43,099 nt of DNA from positions 62,001-105,099 of the forward strand of contig CAZERA010000004.1 in assembly GCA_964514565.1 (NCBI GenBank). Reading direction: 5' to 3'. How positions within the stretch are numbered: position 1 is the first letter of the stretch; every line of letters begins with the position of its first letter. Position numbers and translations under genes: made by a program. This document shows, in pieces, positions 8,969 through 19,170 of this stretch. This DNA comes from an uncultured Candidatus Peribacteria bacterium (GTDB taxonomy: Bacteria; Patescibacteriota; Gracilibacteria; RBG-16-42-10). The notes under the pieces are model-generated. The model searched no databases. It was not told where the DNA came from and was given only the letters and a program-made list of their open reading frames with translations.

Positions 8969-11900
8969 TTTATCAATAGTTACTTTTTCTTCACGGTCAG
9001 CTAGCATGTTTGGTGTACTGATGCTGTCAGCAAGGGTTTCACGGGCGATATATGATCCACAAGTAGTAAGTACTTTGTGAGCAAGCTCGGTCTCACTCAG
9101 AACTTCGATATTGATGACAATGCGGCCATCTACTTGGTAGCTGGCAGCTTTGCGCATTTCTTGAATGTGTCTGACGATCTCTCGCGCATACCCCTCAGCA
9201 ATCAGTTCTTCGCTAAGATTAGTATCCAAGGCTACTACGATATTACCTTCACTGAGCACACTCATGCCTGGTTCTGTCTTGTATACCACTTCAAATTCCT
9301 CAGGACTCAATGTGAATTTATCTGCGACAGTTACTGAACCATTGTCTTCAAATACAATATTTTGATCCCGCGCTGCTTGCATAATAGTTTGTACATCATT
9401 GCCAAACTTTGGCCCAACAATTGCTGCGCGAGGTTTGATCCCTTTTTGAATAGTAGCTTGATCAGGGCTAGTCATAAACACATTTTTGACATTGAGTTCT
9501 TCAGCAATTACTTGTAGTTCTTCGGCTTGGAGACGCATAGGAGCAATTACGGTCGCTGATGGTAGTGGTTGCCGAGTTTTTAACTTTTGATTGGCGCGAA
9601 TAGCGTGACCTAGATTGACTATATTACGCATGAATGCCATCTCTTCATTGAGAGCTGGACGGACAAAACTAGTAATGCTGCGGGGGAAGCTAGCCATGTG
9701 CACAGATTTTTTGCCTACTAAGTTTCGATACATATGTTCACTGACAAAAGGGACAAAAGGAGCGATTACTTTTACTAGTGTTGTAAGGACATGATAAAGT
9801 GTTTGATAGGCGCTGTTTTTGTCTTGATCATTTTCAGCTTTCCAGAAACGACGGCGAGATCTACGCACGTACCAGTTGGAGAGATTATCTACAAATTGCT
9901 CGATCTTATTGGTGGCCTCCCAAATTTGGTAACCATCAAGTTGTTGTTCCACTTCTGCCACCATAGTGTGCAGCTCTGATAGAATCCAGCGATCCAGTTT
10001 GTGTTCGCTCCATGGCATCACATAGCGATCAATGCTTCCGAGAGCGAATTTGCTTGTAAGTACTTGGTCTGATGGTGTGTGGTTGAAGTATTTATCGATC
10101 ATTTTTTTGACCATGCCATTGGCAATGATCATCACTGTTTCACCTGCACATTTTTCTTTTACTTCATCTAGGAAAGAGAAGACACGTTCTTCCAGATCCA
10201 GGTATGATTCCCCTTCTGGAAATTTCTGAGAATACTGGTTGGTAAGACTGTTCAAATAGCTTTCTACATCAGCTGCTAGCTTGCCATCAAAGGTACCAAG
10301 ATTGAGCTCTCTCAGTCGATCATCTTCACTGATTGTTACTTGATGAAATTGGGCAATAATGTCTGCTACCTCACGAGTGCGGGTAATTGGTGCTGCAAAG
10401 ATCTTGTCGATCTTACTGTGTTTAAATTCTTGGCCAATAGCTTCAGCATCGCGATGTCCTTTTTCTGTGAGGTGATAGGTCTGGTCTTTGTCACTTGCCA
10501 CTACTCCCAGTGGGACGTTTTCTGATTCGGTGTGTTGGACACTGATTACTTTGGTAAATTTCTGTGGCTGAAATTGATCAATATTGGCGTAAGTGACAAA
10601 GAATGAATAGACATTCCATAGTGTCAGCAAAAACTTACGCAAAGATTGTTCTACTAGATTGACTGAGAAATTACGTGGTTGGCTAGGAGGTGAAGCGTGG
10701 AACATATACCAACGAAGTGCATCAGCTCCATGCTTTTCAGTCACCTCCATTGGCTCGACAATATTGCCTAGTGATTTACTCATTTTTAGTCCTTTCTCGT
10801 CCAAGATATGACCTAAACAAATGACGTTTTTATAGGGAGTTTTGTCCCAAATAGCGGTACTGACTGCGAGGAGTGTATAGAACCAGCCACGAGTTTGATC
10901 AATTGCTTCGCAAATATAATCAGCTGGGAAGTAGTTGTCATTGAAATCTTGGTCCTTGATATCAAATGGGTAGTGAACTTGAGCAATTGGCATAGCTCCA
11001 GAATCAAACCAACAATCAATCACTTCCTCTACACGATGACTGACTCCACCACATTCACAAGGAATGGTGACAGCATCGATGTATGGCCTGTGGAGATCTC
11101 TTTCGCCTTTGTCATTGATTGGGAGATCTTGGCCACTTTTCTTTTGCAACTCGATCATCGATCCCACACACAAGGTTTTGTGACAAGAGTTGCATTCCCA
11201 GACTGGTAATGGTGTACCCCAATAACGATTGCGGGATAATGCCCAATCTTTGATTTCACTCAGCCAGTTGCCAAAGCGCCCTTCTTTGATGTGTTCAGGA
11301 TGCCAGTTGATTGCTTGATTGTTTTTGATCAGTTCATCTCTCAGCTGAGACATTCGAATAAACCAAGACGTAATTGCAAAGTAAATCAGTGGTGTCTTAC
11401 AACGCCAACAGTGTGGATAATTGTGTTCGTATTTTTCTTTCTTGAGCAACATATTTCTACTAGCAAGATCCTTGAGAATTTCTACATCTAGGCCTTCTTC
11501 TTTGAAATAGCGGCCACTATAGACGCCACTACCATCAATAAATTTACCTTCTTTGTTGACGTGCTGCAGTCTTGGTAAGTCATATTTTTGAATCACCTGA
11601 TAATCCTCCTCACCATAGAGAGCAATATGAACAATGCCAGTACCATCTGTAGTAGTGACAAATGGTTCAGCTACTACGTACCAGCCTTTTTTCTCGCTAG
11701 GATAATAATTCCAGGGCGCTTCATAACCTGTACCCACCAAATCTGATCCCTGGTAGGTGTTTTCTACTGTATACTGAGGTTTTCCTTCAGCATCTTTGGG
11801 CAATACATCGCTATAAGCAGCCAAACGATCAGTGGCAATAATAATTGCTGTATTTTGGTCGATCCTGATCTGGCTATATTCAATTTCTGCTCCTACACAA

Positions 11901-12664
11901 AGAGCGAGATTTCCCAGTAATGTCCAAGGAGTAGTAGTCCAAGCAGCTAAATAAACTGTCTCACTATCCTTGCTAAATTTCGCTTGGTCGGTAATTTTAA
12001 ACAAAGCAGTGAGGGACATATCTTTGACGGTCTGATATTCCTGCGCTACTTCGTGACTAGAGAGCGGTGTACCACAACGACAACAATACGGTACTATTTT
12101 GAGATCACGGTACAACAATCCTTTTTCCCAGATTTGTTTGAGACACCACCAGACTGACTCGATATAGTCTGGTGAATAAGTGACATAAGGATTTTTCATA
12201 TCTACCCAATAACCAATTCGCTCGGTCATTTCCTCGAAAGCATGTGTGAATTTGTGTACTGAATCTTTACACTTATTATTGAAGGCCTCGATGCCGTATT
12301 CTTCAATTTGTTTTTTACCAGAAATACCCAGTTCTTTTTCTACTTGTAACTCAACTGGTAGACCATGCGTATCCCAACCTGCTTTGCGTTCAATATAAAA
12401 ACCTTGCATTGTTTTGTAGCGCAAGATGACATCTTTGAAAACGCGTGCTAGTACGTGATGTACACCTGGTTTGCCATTGGCAGTGGGAGGACCCTCGTAG
12501 AATACAAAGTGTTTGCCATCTTCACGCAAAGTTTGTACTTTTTGAAAAATATTTTCTTGTTGCCAGAAAGCGAGGATGTCTTTTTCTAGTTCAGGAAATG
12601 ACTGTTTGACTTGTACAGGAATAAAGGTAGTACTGGCTGGATCTTGTTTCTCGGGGGTATCCAT
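8921..12664 (-). CDS. ileS: Isoleucine--tRNA ligase (type 2) with inserted histidine-phosphatase-fold domain
   Basis: EGPPTANG, GWDTHGLP, WTTTPWT, DWALSRNRYWG, DQTRGWF, KMSKS and SNWYVRRSRRRFW motifs. Confidence 0.97.
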   Translation of the reverse strand: MDTPEKQDPASTTFIPVQVKQSFPELEKDILAFWQQENIFQKVQTLREDGKHFVFYEGPPTANGKPGVHHVLARVFKDVILRYKTMQGFYIERKAGWDTHGLPVELQVEKELGISGKKQIEEYGIEAFNNKCKDSVHKFTHAFEEMTERIGYWVDMKNPYVTYSPDYIESVWWCLKQIWEKGLLYRDLKIVPYCCRCGTPLSSHEVAQEYQTVKDMSLTALFKITDQAKFSKDSETVYLAAWTTTPWTLLGNLALCVGAEIEYSQIRIDQNTAIIIATDRLAAYSDVLPKDAEGKPQYTVENTYQGSDLVGTGYEAPWNYYPSEKKGWYVVAEPFVTTTDGTGIVHIALYGEEDYQVIQKYDLPRLQHVNKEGKFIDGSGVYSGRYFKEEGLDVEILKDLASRNMLLKKEKYEHNYPHCWRCKTPLIYFAITSWFIRMSQLRDELIKNNQAINWHPEHIKEGRFGNWLSEIKDWALSRNRYWGTPLPVWECNSCHKTLCVGSMIELQKKSGQDLPINDKGERDLHRPYIDAVTIPCECGGVSHRVEEVIDCWFDSGAMPIAQVHYPFDIKDQDFNDNYFPADYICEAIDQTRGWFYTLLAVSTAIWDKTPYKNVICLGHILDEKGLKMSKSLGNIVEPMEVTEKHGADALRWYMFHASPPSQPRNFSVNLVEQSLRKFLLTLWNVYSFFVTYANIDQFQPQKFTKVISVQHTESENVPLGVVASDKDQTYHLTEKGHRDAEAIGQEFKHSKIDKIFAAPITRTREVADIIAQFHQVTISEDDRLRELNLGTFDGKLAADVESYLNSLTNQYSQKFPEGESYLDLEERVFSFLDEVKEKCAGETVMIIANGMVKKMIDKYFNHTPSDQVLTSKFALGSIDRYVMPWSEHKLDRWILSELHTMVAEVEQQLDGYQIWEATNKIEQFVDNLSNWYVRRSRRRFWKAENDQDKNSAYQTLYHVLTTLVKVIAPFVPFVSEHMYRNLVGKKSVHMASFPRSITSFVRPALNEEMAFMRNIVNLGHAIRANQKLKTRQPLPSATVIAPMRLQAEELQVIAEELNVKNVFMTSPDQATIQKGIKPRAAIVGPKFGNDVQTIMQAARDQNIVFEDNGSVTVADKFTLSPEEFEVVYKTEPGMSVLSEGNIVVALDTNLSEELIAEGYAREIVRHIQEMRKAASYQVDGRIVINIEVLSETELAHKVLTTCGSYIARETLADSISTPNMLADREEKVTIDKLELNIKITPVQKQDS

Positions 12665-12918
12665 ACAATGGTTTAATGGGGTTGTAAGGGGAAATTTCGT
12701 GCGGCAACTCTACCAGCTTTTCTGGGAAATAAAAAGTAAGAGGTATTAAGTAAAAACTTAGGTATTCTTAGCAGAAAGCGATTATTTTCTATTGGTCAGG
12801 AATATCTTTGTTAAGCCCTTATCTTGTATGTTTGTTTCTGTGTCATTTTTTTGCTTTTGGGTTCTTTGCTCTTTGCTGTAGCCTCTGTTACTATCACTCA
12901 AAATTACGTTCTTTTGTC

Positions 12919-14901
12919 ATGGAAAATAAACCTTTTAGGCTTGTAGCTCCGTATTCTCCCACAGGTGATCAACCCAAGGCTTTAGCTGCTTTGATCAAGG
13001 GTATTGATGAGGGGAAAGTGCATCAGACTTTGCTCGGTGCTACTGGTACCGGAAAGACGTTTATTATGGCCAATATTATCAGTCAAATTCAAAAGCCTAC
13101 TTTGATTTTGGCTCATAATAAGACTTTAGCTGCACAGCTTTATTCAGAGTTCAAAGAGTTTTTTCCAGACAATGCCGTCAATTACTTTGTCTCATATTAC
13201 GATTATTACCAACCAGAAGCGTACATCGCCCGGTCAGATACTTATATTGAGAAAGATGCTTCAATCAATGAAGAAATCGACAAGTACCGTCATGCTGCTA
13301 CTCGCAATCTTCTGACTCGTAGAGATGTGATTATTGTGGCTTCAGTGTCATGTATTTATGGTTTAGGCTCGGTAGAAGAATATGGCAATGTAGCGGAGAA
13401 ATTGAGTGTGGGTATGAGTTACAAACGTGAAAAACTTTTGCGACATTTGGCTGATCTGCAGTACAAGCGCAATGAAGTAGCGTTCGTGCGTGGTACCTTT
13501 CGGGCTCGAGGTGACGTGGTAGAGATTTATCCTACCTATAGTGATACTGCTCTCAGAGTAGCTTTCTTTGGTGATGAGATTGAGACTTTAGATGAGTTTG
13601 ATACTTTGACTGGAGAGATTGTCGGTAGTTTGCAGTCAATTGAGGTCTTTCCTGCTAAACATGCTGTCACTTCACGTGAAGCAGTTGTTCGGGCTGTAGA
13701 GCAGATCAAGTTGGATTTGGAAGAGCGTCTCAAGGAACTCAATATGATGGGGAAGATTGTGGAGGCCCAGCGTCTCAAGCAACGTACGGAGTACGATATC
13801 GAGATGATGATAGAGACCGGATATTGTAGTGGTATAGAAAACTATACTCGTTACCTCGGGAATCGTTCGCCTGGAGAACAACCAGCAACGCTACTCGATT
13901 ATTTCCCTGATGACTACATGATGTTTATCGATGAGTCACATATCTCAGTGCCTCAGATTGGGGGAATGTTTAATGGTAATCTCGCTCGCAAGAAAAGCTT
14001 GATTGACTATGGTTTCCGTCTACCATCAGCTTATGATAATCGTCCGCTGACATTTACTGAGTTTGAAGGTCAGATCAATAAAGTAGTTTATGTTTCTGCT
14101 ACTCCTCGTGAATATGAATTGGCAAAGTCTGATCATATTGTGGTTGAGCAATTGATTCGTCCTACTGGCTTGCTTGATCCGGTGATTTCAGTCCGTCCTA
14201 CTCAGAACCAAGTAGATGATTTGCTCAATGAAATCAGAATGCGAATCAAGGCCGATGAGCGTGTATTGGTTACTACTCTCACTAAGCGCATGGCCGAAGA
14301 TTTGACGGAATATTTGCAAGAAGCTGGGATCCGCGTGAAGTATTTGCATTCAGATATTGAAACATTAGTACGTTTGGATATTTTGCGTGATTTGCGTTTG
14401 GGTGTAATTGAAGTGGTAGTTGGTATTAACCTTTTACGTGAAGGTCTCGATTTACCTGAGGTGAGTCTAGTAGCAATCTTGGATGCTGATAAAGAAGGTT
14501 TTTTACGTTCAGAAATGGCCTTGATCCAGACTATCGGTCGTGCTGCTCGTAATGCCAATGGTCAAGTGATTATGTACGGAGATAAGATGACGGACTCGAT
14601 GAAAAAAGCGATCAAAGAAACCGATCGTCGTCGTACTATTCAGGCAGCATACAACAAAGAGCATGGCATCACACCAAAGACCATTATTAAAGAGATCCGA
14701 GATATCATGCCTCATGGCGAAATTAAACAAGATGGTGAAGCTCTTCATTCTCTACCACAAGAAGAAATCGCCAAGGTCATCGCTGAGCTTGAACTACAAA
14801 TGGACATTGCTGCTGGCAAAATGGAGTTTGAAAAAGCAGCTGAGATCCGCGATCAAATTGATGAGCTGGAAAAGCAACTCAAGAAAGGAAAGAAGAAGTA
14901 G
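12919..14901 (+). CDS. uvrB: Excinuclease ABC subunit B
   Basis: [28 protein letters not shown] and C-terminal UVR domain; start set at ATG 12919 (MENKPF). Confidence 0.98.
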   Translation: MENKPFRLVAPYSPTGDQPKALAALIKGIDEGKVHQTLLGATGTGKTFIMANIISQIQKPTLILAHNKTLAAQLYSEFKEFFPDNAVNYFVSYYDYYQPEAYIARSDTYIEKDASINEEIDKYRHAATRNLLTRRDVIIVASVSCIYGLGSVEEYGNVAEKLSVGMSYKREKLLRHLADLQYKRNEVAFVRGTFRARGDVVEIYPTYSDTALRVAFFGDEIETLDEFDTLTGEIVGSLQSIEVFPAKHAVTSREAVVRAVEQIKLDLEERLKELNMMGKIVEAQRLKQRTEYDIEMMIETGYCSGIENYTRYLGNRSPGEQPATLLDYFPDDYMMFIDESHISVPQIGGMFNGNLARKKSLIDYGFRLPSAYDNRPLTFTEFEGQINKVVYVSATPREYELAKSDHIVVEQLIRPTGLLDPVISVRPTQNQVDDLLNEIRMRIKADERVLVTTLTKRMAEDLTEYLQEAGIRVKYLHSDIETLVRLDILRDLRLGVIEVVVGINLLREGLDLPEVSLVAILDADKEGFLRSEMALIQTIGRAARNANGQVIMYGDKMTDSMKKAIKETDRRRTIQAAYNKEHGITPKTIIKEIRDIMPHGEIKQDGEALHSLPQEEIAKVIAELELQMDIAAGKMEFEKAAEIRDQIDELEKQLKKGKKK

Positions 14902-15063
14902 TTATTCTTTCTTTCCCTGATCGGGATTGATACATTCTAGCTCGCGCATGAGCTGTTCAGTGGCAAGACAAGTAGATACATCAGCTCTTGTTTCTTGAAC
15001 TGTAGGAGCTGGTAGTTGCCGGCGTAATTGTTCCTGTGCCTTTTTGGGCAGTGATTCAACCAT
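14902..15063 (-). CDS. Putative 53-aa small protein (not in the ORF track)
   Basis: ATG..TAA ORF MVESLPKKAQEQLRRQLPAPTVQETRADVSTCLATEQLMRELECINPDQGKKE abutting the uvrB stop. Confidence 0.4.
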   Translation of the reverse strand: MVESLPKKAQEQLRRQLPAPTVQETRADVSTCLATEQLMRELECINPDQGKKE

Positions 15064-15173
15064 ATGCTTTTTTTGATAAAAACCAAGGTCAAAATGTAAT
15101 TGGGGATAAAAGATTTTGCAAGTGAACTGATTTCATTTGTGTAGGTCTAAAATTGCTTTGCTTAACTAAAGCA

Positions 15174-15707
15174 ATGAGACGATTGTCGAGTTGGGATTAC
15201 TCTGCTCCGGCTGGGTATTTTATTACTATTGTTACCCACAAAAGGAGAAAGGTTTCTGGTAAACTCGTGAATGGTAAGTTGGAATGGATACCGCAAGCTT
15301 TTATCTGTCACTATTACTGGAAAAAATTGCAAAGAAATAACCACTCGTGTGCACTCGATGCGTTCGTGATTATGCCAGACCATTTTCACGGCATCATCTG
15401 GGTGAAGTATGTGCCGAAAGAGCCTTTCGGTGGGGTAATTCATGAATTACCGCACGAGGCGGAGCAGTTCGTGGCACATCAACGGAGAACTATGATGCTC
15501 GTGAAGTTAGTTGGTAAGTTTAAGATGCAGTCAGCGAAACATGTGAATCTTTTTCAGAATAGTTCTGGTAAAGCTTTGTGAAAGCGTGGCTATCATGAAC
15601 GTATTATTCGTAACCAGCGAGCATTGTCTAATATTCGTTTTTACATTGCTCAGAATCCTCGCAAATGGGAAATGCGTTATCGACCTTCACAGTGGTGGGT
15701 TAGTTGA
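15174..15707 (+). pseudogene. REP-associated tyrosine transposase (RAYT, Y1 HUH family) interrupted by TGA at 15579-15581
   Basis: DYSAPAGYFITIVT, HUH motif MPDHFHGII and GKFK; frame continues after the TGA as KRGYHERIIRN...YIAQNPRKW, which carries the catalytic Tyr. Confidence 0.85.
15430..15455. repeat. REP-like palindrome inside the RAYT gene
   Basis: gtggggtaattca|tgaattaccgcac, 13-bp arms with one mismatch. Confidence 0.75.
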
Positions 15708-15742
15708 GTAAGATATTTCTGTCTACTTTATTTTTGTGATTT

Positions 15743-17518
15743 ATGCTTACAGCTAAAGAAATTCGTGCCAAATATCTTGCTTTCTTTCAAAAGAATGGCC
15801 ATGCCATTATTCCTAGTGCCTCTCTAGTACCCGAGAATGATCCAAGTGTTTTGTTTACCACCGCCGGCATGCATCCGTTAGTTCCTTATTTGATGGGTGA
15901 AAAGCATCCTCAAGGTACTCGACTAGTGGATGTGCAAAAGTGTGTGCGCACCGATGATATTGATGAGGTTGGTGATAATACTCACTGTACTTTTTTTGAG
16001 ATGTTGGGCAACTGGTCACTGGGTGACTATTTCAAAGAAGAATCGATTGGGTTTAGTTTTAGATTTTTGGTTGAAGAGCTACAAATTCCTTTGGATCGTT
16101 TGGCGGTGACTTGTTTTGCTGGTGATGAGACTGCTCCCAAGGATACTGTTTCATATGAACAGTGGCTGAAGCTGGGCGTACCAGAATCACGTATTGCTTT
16201 CTTGGGTAAGAAAGACAACTGGTGGCCGAGTGGTGGTAAGCATCCGGGGCCTCAGGGACCAGATACTGAGATTTTTTATTGGACAGGCAAAGAGTCTGCT
16301 CCAGTTGCTTTCGATCCTCAGAACAATCTTTGGGTGGAGATTTGGAACAATGTGTTTATGGAATTCAATCGTACGACTGATGGAGCATATCAACCATTGA
16401 AGCAAAAGAATGTGGATACTGGTATGGGGCTAGAGCGTACAGCCGCAGTGCTTCAGGGCAAGGCTACTATTTATGAGACAGATTTGTTTATTCCATTGAT
16501 TGAAAAAATTCGTTCGCTCGCTACCGAGCAAAACACTGCTTCAGAGCGTATTATTGCTGATCATATCCGTGCTGCCATGTTTTTATTGGTAGATCATGTA
16601 CGTCCTAGCAATGTCGACCAAGGCTATATTTTGCGTCGTCTCATTCGCCGCGCTGTCCGTCACGGTCGCAAGATTGGCATCAAAGGGAACTTCTTGGAGC
16701 CGCTTGGTGCTTTGGTATTAGCTCAATACCAAGATGCTTATCCAGAGATGATGAAGCAACCAATTGTTTTGTTGCAAGCACTCCAAGATGAGGAGAACCA
16801 GTTCAACAAAACTTTAGAAAATGGTTTGAAACAATTTAGGAAATTGGAGGTACAGCTGACTGAACAAGACAGTAAGCAGATTTCTGGGGATCAAGCTTTT
16901 CATCTCTATGATACCTTTGGTTTTCCGATTGAGATTACCAAGGAATTAGCGACTGAGATTGGACTGTCTGTCGATGAACAGGGTTTTGCTGATGCTTTCA
17001 AGAAACATCAAGATCTTTCTCGTCAGGGTAGTGAACAAAAATTTGCTGGTGGTTTAGCTGATCATTCAGCTGAGAGCCGCATGCTTCATACTGCTACTCA
17101 CTTATTGCATCAGGCTTTACGTACAGTATTGGGAGCACATGTAGAACAACGTGGTAGCAACATCACTAGTGAGCGTTTACGTTTTGATTTTCCACATGAG
17201 AGACCGATGACTCCTGAAGAAAAGGCGCAAGTAGAAGTGATTGTGAATGAACAAATTAAGCGTGATTTGCCGGTGAGTTGGAGAGAGATGACTGTGGATG
17301 AAGCAAAACAAGATGGCGCGATTGGTATCTTTGAAGATCGTTATGGTGACAAAGTCAAAGTCTATACTATGGGTGACTTTTCTAAAGAGATTTGTGGTGG
17401 GCCTCATGTAGAACACACTGGTGAATTGAAAGGATTCAAGATCATCAAAGAAGAGAGTTCTAGTAAAGGTATCCGTCGCATCAAAGCGGTAATCGGTAAT
17501 TCTGCACTCAGTAGCTAG
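15743..17518 (+). CDS. alaS: Alanine--tRNA ligase, compact form lacking the C-Ala domain
   Basis: FTTAGM, HCTFFEMLGN, DTGMGLER; editing motifs HTATH and EICGGPH; ends at GIRRIKA. Confidence 0.97.
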   Translation: MLTAKEIRAKYLAFFQKNGHAIIPSASLVPENDPSVLFTTAGMHPLVPYLMGEKHPQGTRLVDVQKCVRTDDIDEVGDNTHCTFFEMLGNWSLGDYFKEESIGFSFRFLVEELQIPLDRLAVTCFAGDETAPKDTVSYEQWLKLGVPESRIAFLGKKDNWWPSGGKHPGPQGPDTEIFYWTGKESAPVAFDPQNNLWVEIWNNVFMEFNRTTDGAYQPLKQKNVDTGMGLERTAAVLQGKATIYETDLFIPLIEKIRSLATEQNTASERIIADHIRAAMFLLVDHVRPSNVDQGYILRRLIRRAVRHGRKIGIKGNFLEPLGALVLAQYQDAYPEMMKQPIVLLQALQDEENQFNKTLENGLKQFRKLEVQLTEQDSKQISGDQAFHLYDTFGFPIEITKELATEIGLSVDEQGFADAFKKHQDLSRQGSEQKFAGGLADHSAESRMLHTATHLLHQALRTVLGAHVEQRGSNITSERLRFDFPHERPMTPEEKAQVEVIVNEQIKRDLPVSWREMTVDEAKQDGAIGIFEDRYGDKVKVYTMGDFSKEICGGPHVEHTGELKGFKIIKEESSSKGIRRIKAVIGNSALSS

Positions 17519-17549
17519 GTGTCGTTCGAGAAGTACTAAAGATTTCCCT

Positions 17550-18860
17550 GTGACTAATAATTATGTGCCAGTTGCATTGCTCCATAGTCGCAGGGAAGCT
17601 TTACTAAAGCTTCTGCCCAATAGCTCTCTTTGTTGCATTCTTTCCAATACTGCCCAATTTCGTAATCATGATGTGGAATATCCTTTTCGGCAGGATAGTA
17701 ATTTCTGGTATTTTACTGGCCTCGATCAAAAGGATTTGCTTCTACTGCTTTACAAAAGTAGTACTGGTGCTATGGAGGAGAAGATTTATCTGATGCCCCA
17801 GTCCGCTCACCAAGCGATGTGGGTTGGTGAACAAATGGATGTCAGTCGTATACAACAATTGTCAGGAGTCCATGCTTGTGAAGAGCTGCCGAGATTGGCT
17901 AAGGATATTTCTGGTTATTTGTCTGATAGTAAGCATGTTTATGTTGATCTAAAGCTTTATCCTGCTCATCCAATCGTTACAATTTTGTCCACTGCTTTAC
18001 TAAACAAAGAACCTTTGCCATTACGTCCTTTGGTTCAACAATTGCGTATGTATAAAGACGCGTGGGAAATTGAGCAAATGCAGAAAGCAGCCGATATTAG
18101 CATTGCGGCTCACTCCTATGCACTGAGACATCTGTCTGATGCACATCGGTATGAGTATCACGTCGCTGCTGATATTGAACATGTTTATAGTCAACACAAC
18201 TGTACTTGGGCTTATCCTAGCATCGTTGCCGGAGGTGACAATGCCTGTACTTTGCATTATGTCACTAACAATCAAAGACTTCATGGTGGTGATCTTTGTT
18301 TGATCGATGCGGGTTGTGAATATAGTTACTATGCCTCTGATATCACCAGAACATATCCTATCTCCGGTCGTTATTCTGAAGCTCAAAGAAAGGTGTATGA
18401 GATTGTATTGGCAGCTCAAGTGGCTGCTATTGAGAACTTACAGCAACCTGACGCTACTATGGCTTCTTATCACCAAAGTGCCGTTGCGGTTTTAGTTGGT
18501 GGTCTAATTAATTTAGGTATTTTGCAAGGATCTATTGCCGAGAATATTGAGAAACGTAGTTACCGTCCGTACTACAATCATGGTACCGGTCACTTTTTGG
18601 GTTTAGATGTTCATGATCAAGGTATCTATAAAGATGCCAATGGTGTTGCTAACAAAGTACAAAAAGGCATGGCTGTCACTGTTGAGCCTGGTTTATATTT
18701 TGCTCACGATGATCAGACTATTCCAGCTGCATTTCGGGGAATCGGGATCAGAATCGAAGATGATATTGTTAAAACAGAATCAGGCATACTCAACCTTACC
18801 CAAGCACTGCCCAAGCAAGTCGATGAGCTTGAGCAATGGATGGCAACTATGAAGGGCTAA
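17550..18860 (+). CDS. pepP: Xaa-Pro aminopeptidase (M24B)
   Basis: FRQDSNFWYFTG, LIDAG, ASDITRT, GHFLGLDVHD, TVEPGLY and GIRIEDD motifs. Confidence 0.93.
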   Translation: MTNNYVPVALLHSRREALLKLLPNSSLCCILSNTAQFRNHDVEYPFRQDSNFWYFTGLDQKDLLLLLYKSSTGAMEEKIYLMPQSAHQAMWVGEQMDVSRIQQLSGVHACEELPRLAKDISGYLSDSKHVYVDLKLYPAHPIVTILSTALLNKEPLPLRPLVQQLRMYKDAWEIEQMQKAADISIAAHSYALRHLSDAHRYEYHVAADIEHVYSQHNCTWAYPSIVAGGDNACTLHYVTNNQRLHGGDLCLIDAGCEYSYYASDITRTYPISGRYSEAQRKVYEIVLAAQVAAIENLQQPDATMASYHQSAVAVLVGGLINLGILQGSIAENIEKRSYRPYYNHGTGHFLGLDVHDQGIYKDANGVANKVQKGMAVTVEPGLYFAHDDQTIPAAFRGIGIRIEDDIVKTESGILNLTQALPKQVDELEQWMATMKG

Positions 18861-19139
18861 TCATTTTTGATTAGGTTCAATATCTTTGATCACAGGTTTC
18901 GTTTGCTCTTTTGTTTTTGGTTGGAACAAATTTCTATATTTAGGATCGGCGCCTTTTTGAAACATGAGCAAATAGACTATCTCTAGGATGCCCAATGTTT
19001 GAAAAATAAGCAGCGCAATAAACCAACCAACTTGATCTTTCTTGGAAGCGTGCCATAGCGCAATTCCTTTCATAACTAGGGCAAAAATAATGAATGGAAT
19101 AAAGAGAATATCGCCGATTAAAGTAAAAGGATTAAACAT
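18861..19139 (-). CDS. Small membrane protein, DUF5652-like
   Basis: KGIALWHAS..Q.GWF...LGILEIVYL pattern. Confidence 0.75.
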   Translation of the reverse strand: MFNPFTLIGDILFIPFIIFALVMKGIALWHASKKDQVGWFIALLIFQTLGILEIVYLLMFQKGADPKYRNLFQPKTKEQTKPVIKDIEPNQK

Positions 19140-19170
19140 AAAGATAAAAAGTATTTTTTGTCAGTTAACT

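Noticed and set aside
12808..12918. Hydrophobic N-terminal extension of UvrB in the ORF track
   Set aside because: Translation of a T-rich upstream region from a TTG; UvrB similarity starts at ATG 12919
15579..15581. Genome-wide UGA recoding (code 25 or code 4) suggested by the in-frame TGA in the RAYT gene
   Set aside because: Long core genes are open in the standard code. TGA ends the EEP gene in an ATGA overlap (30319-30322) and ends the gene at 18861. The position also expects Trp, not Gly.
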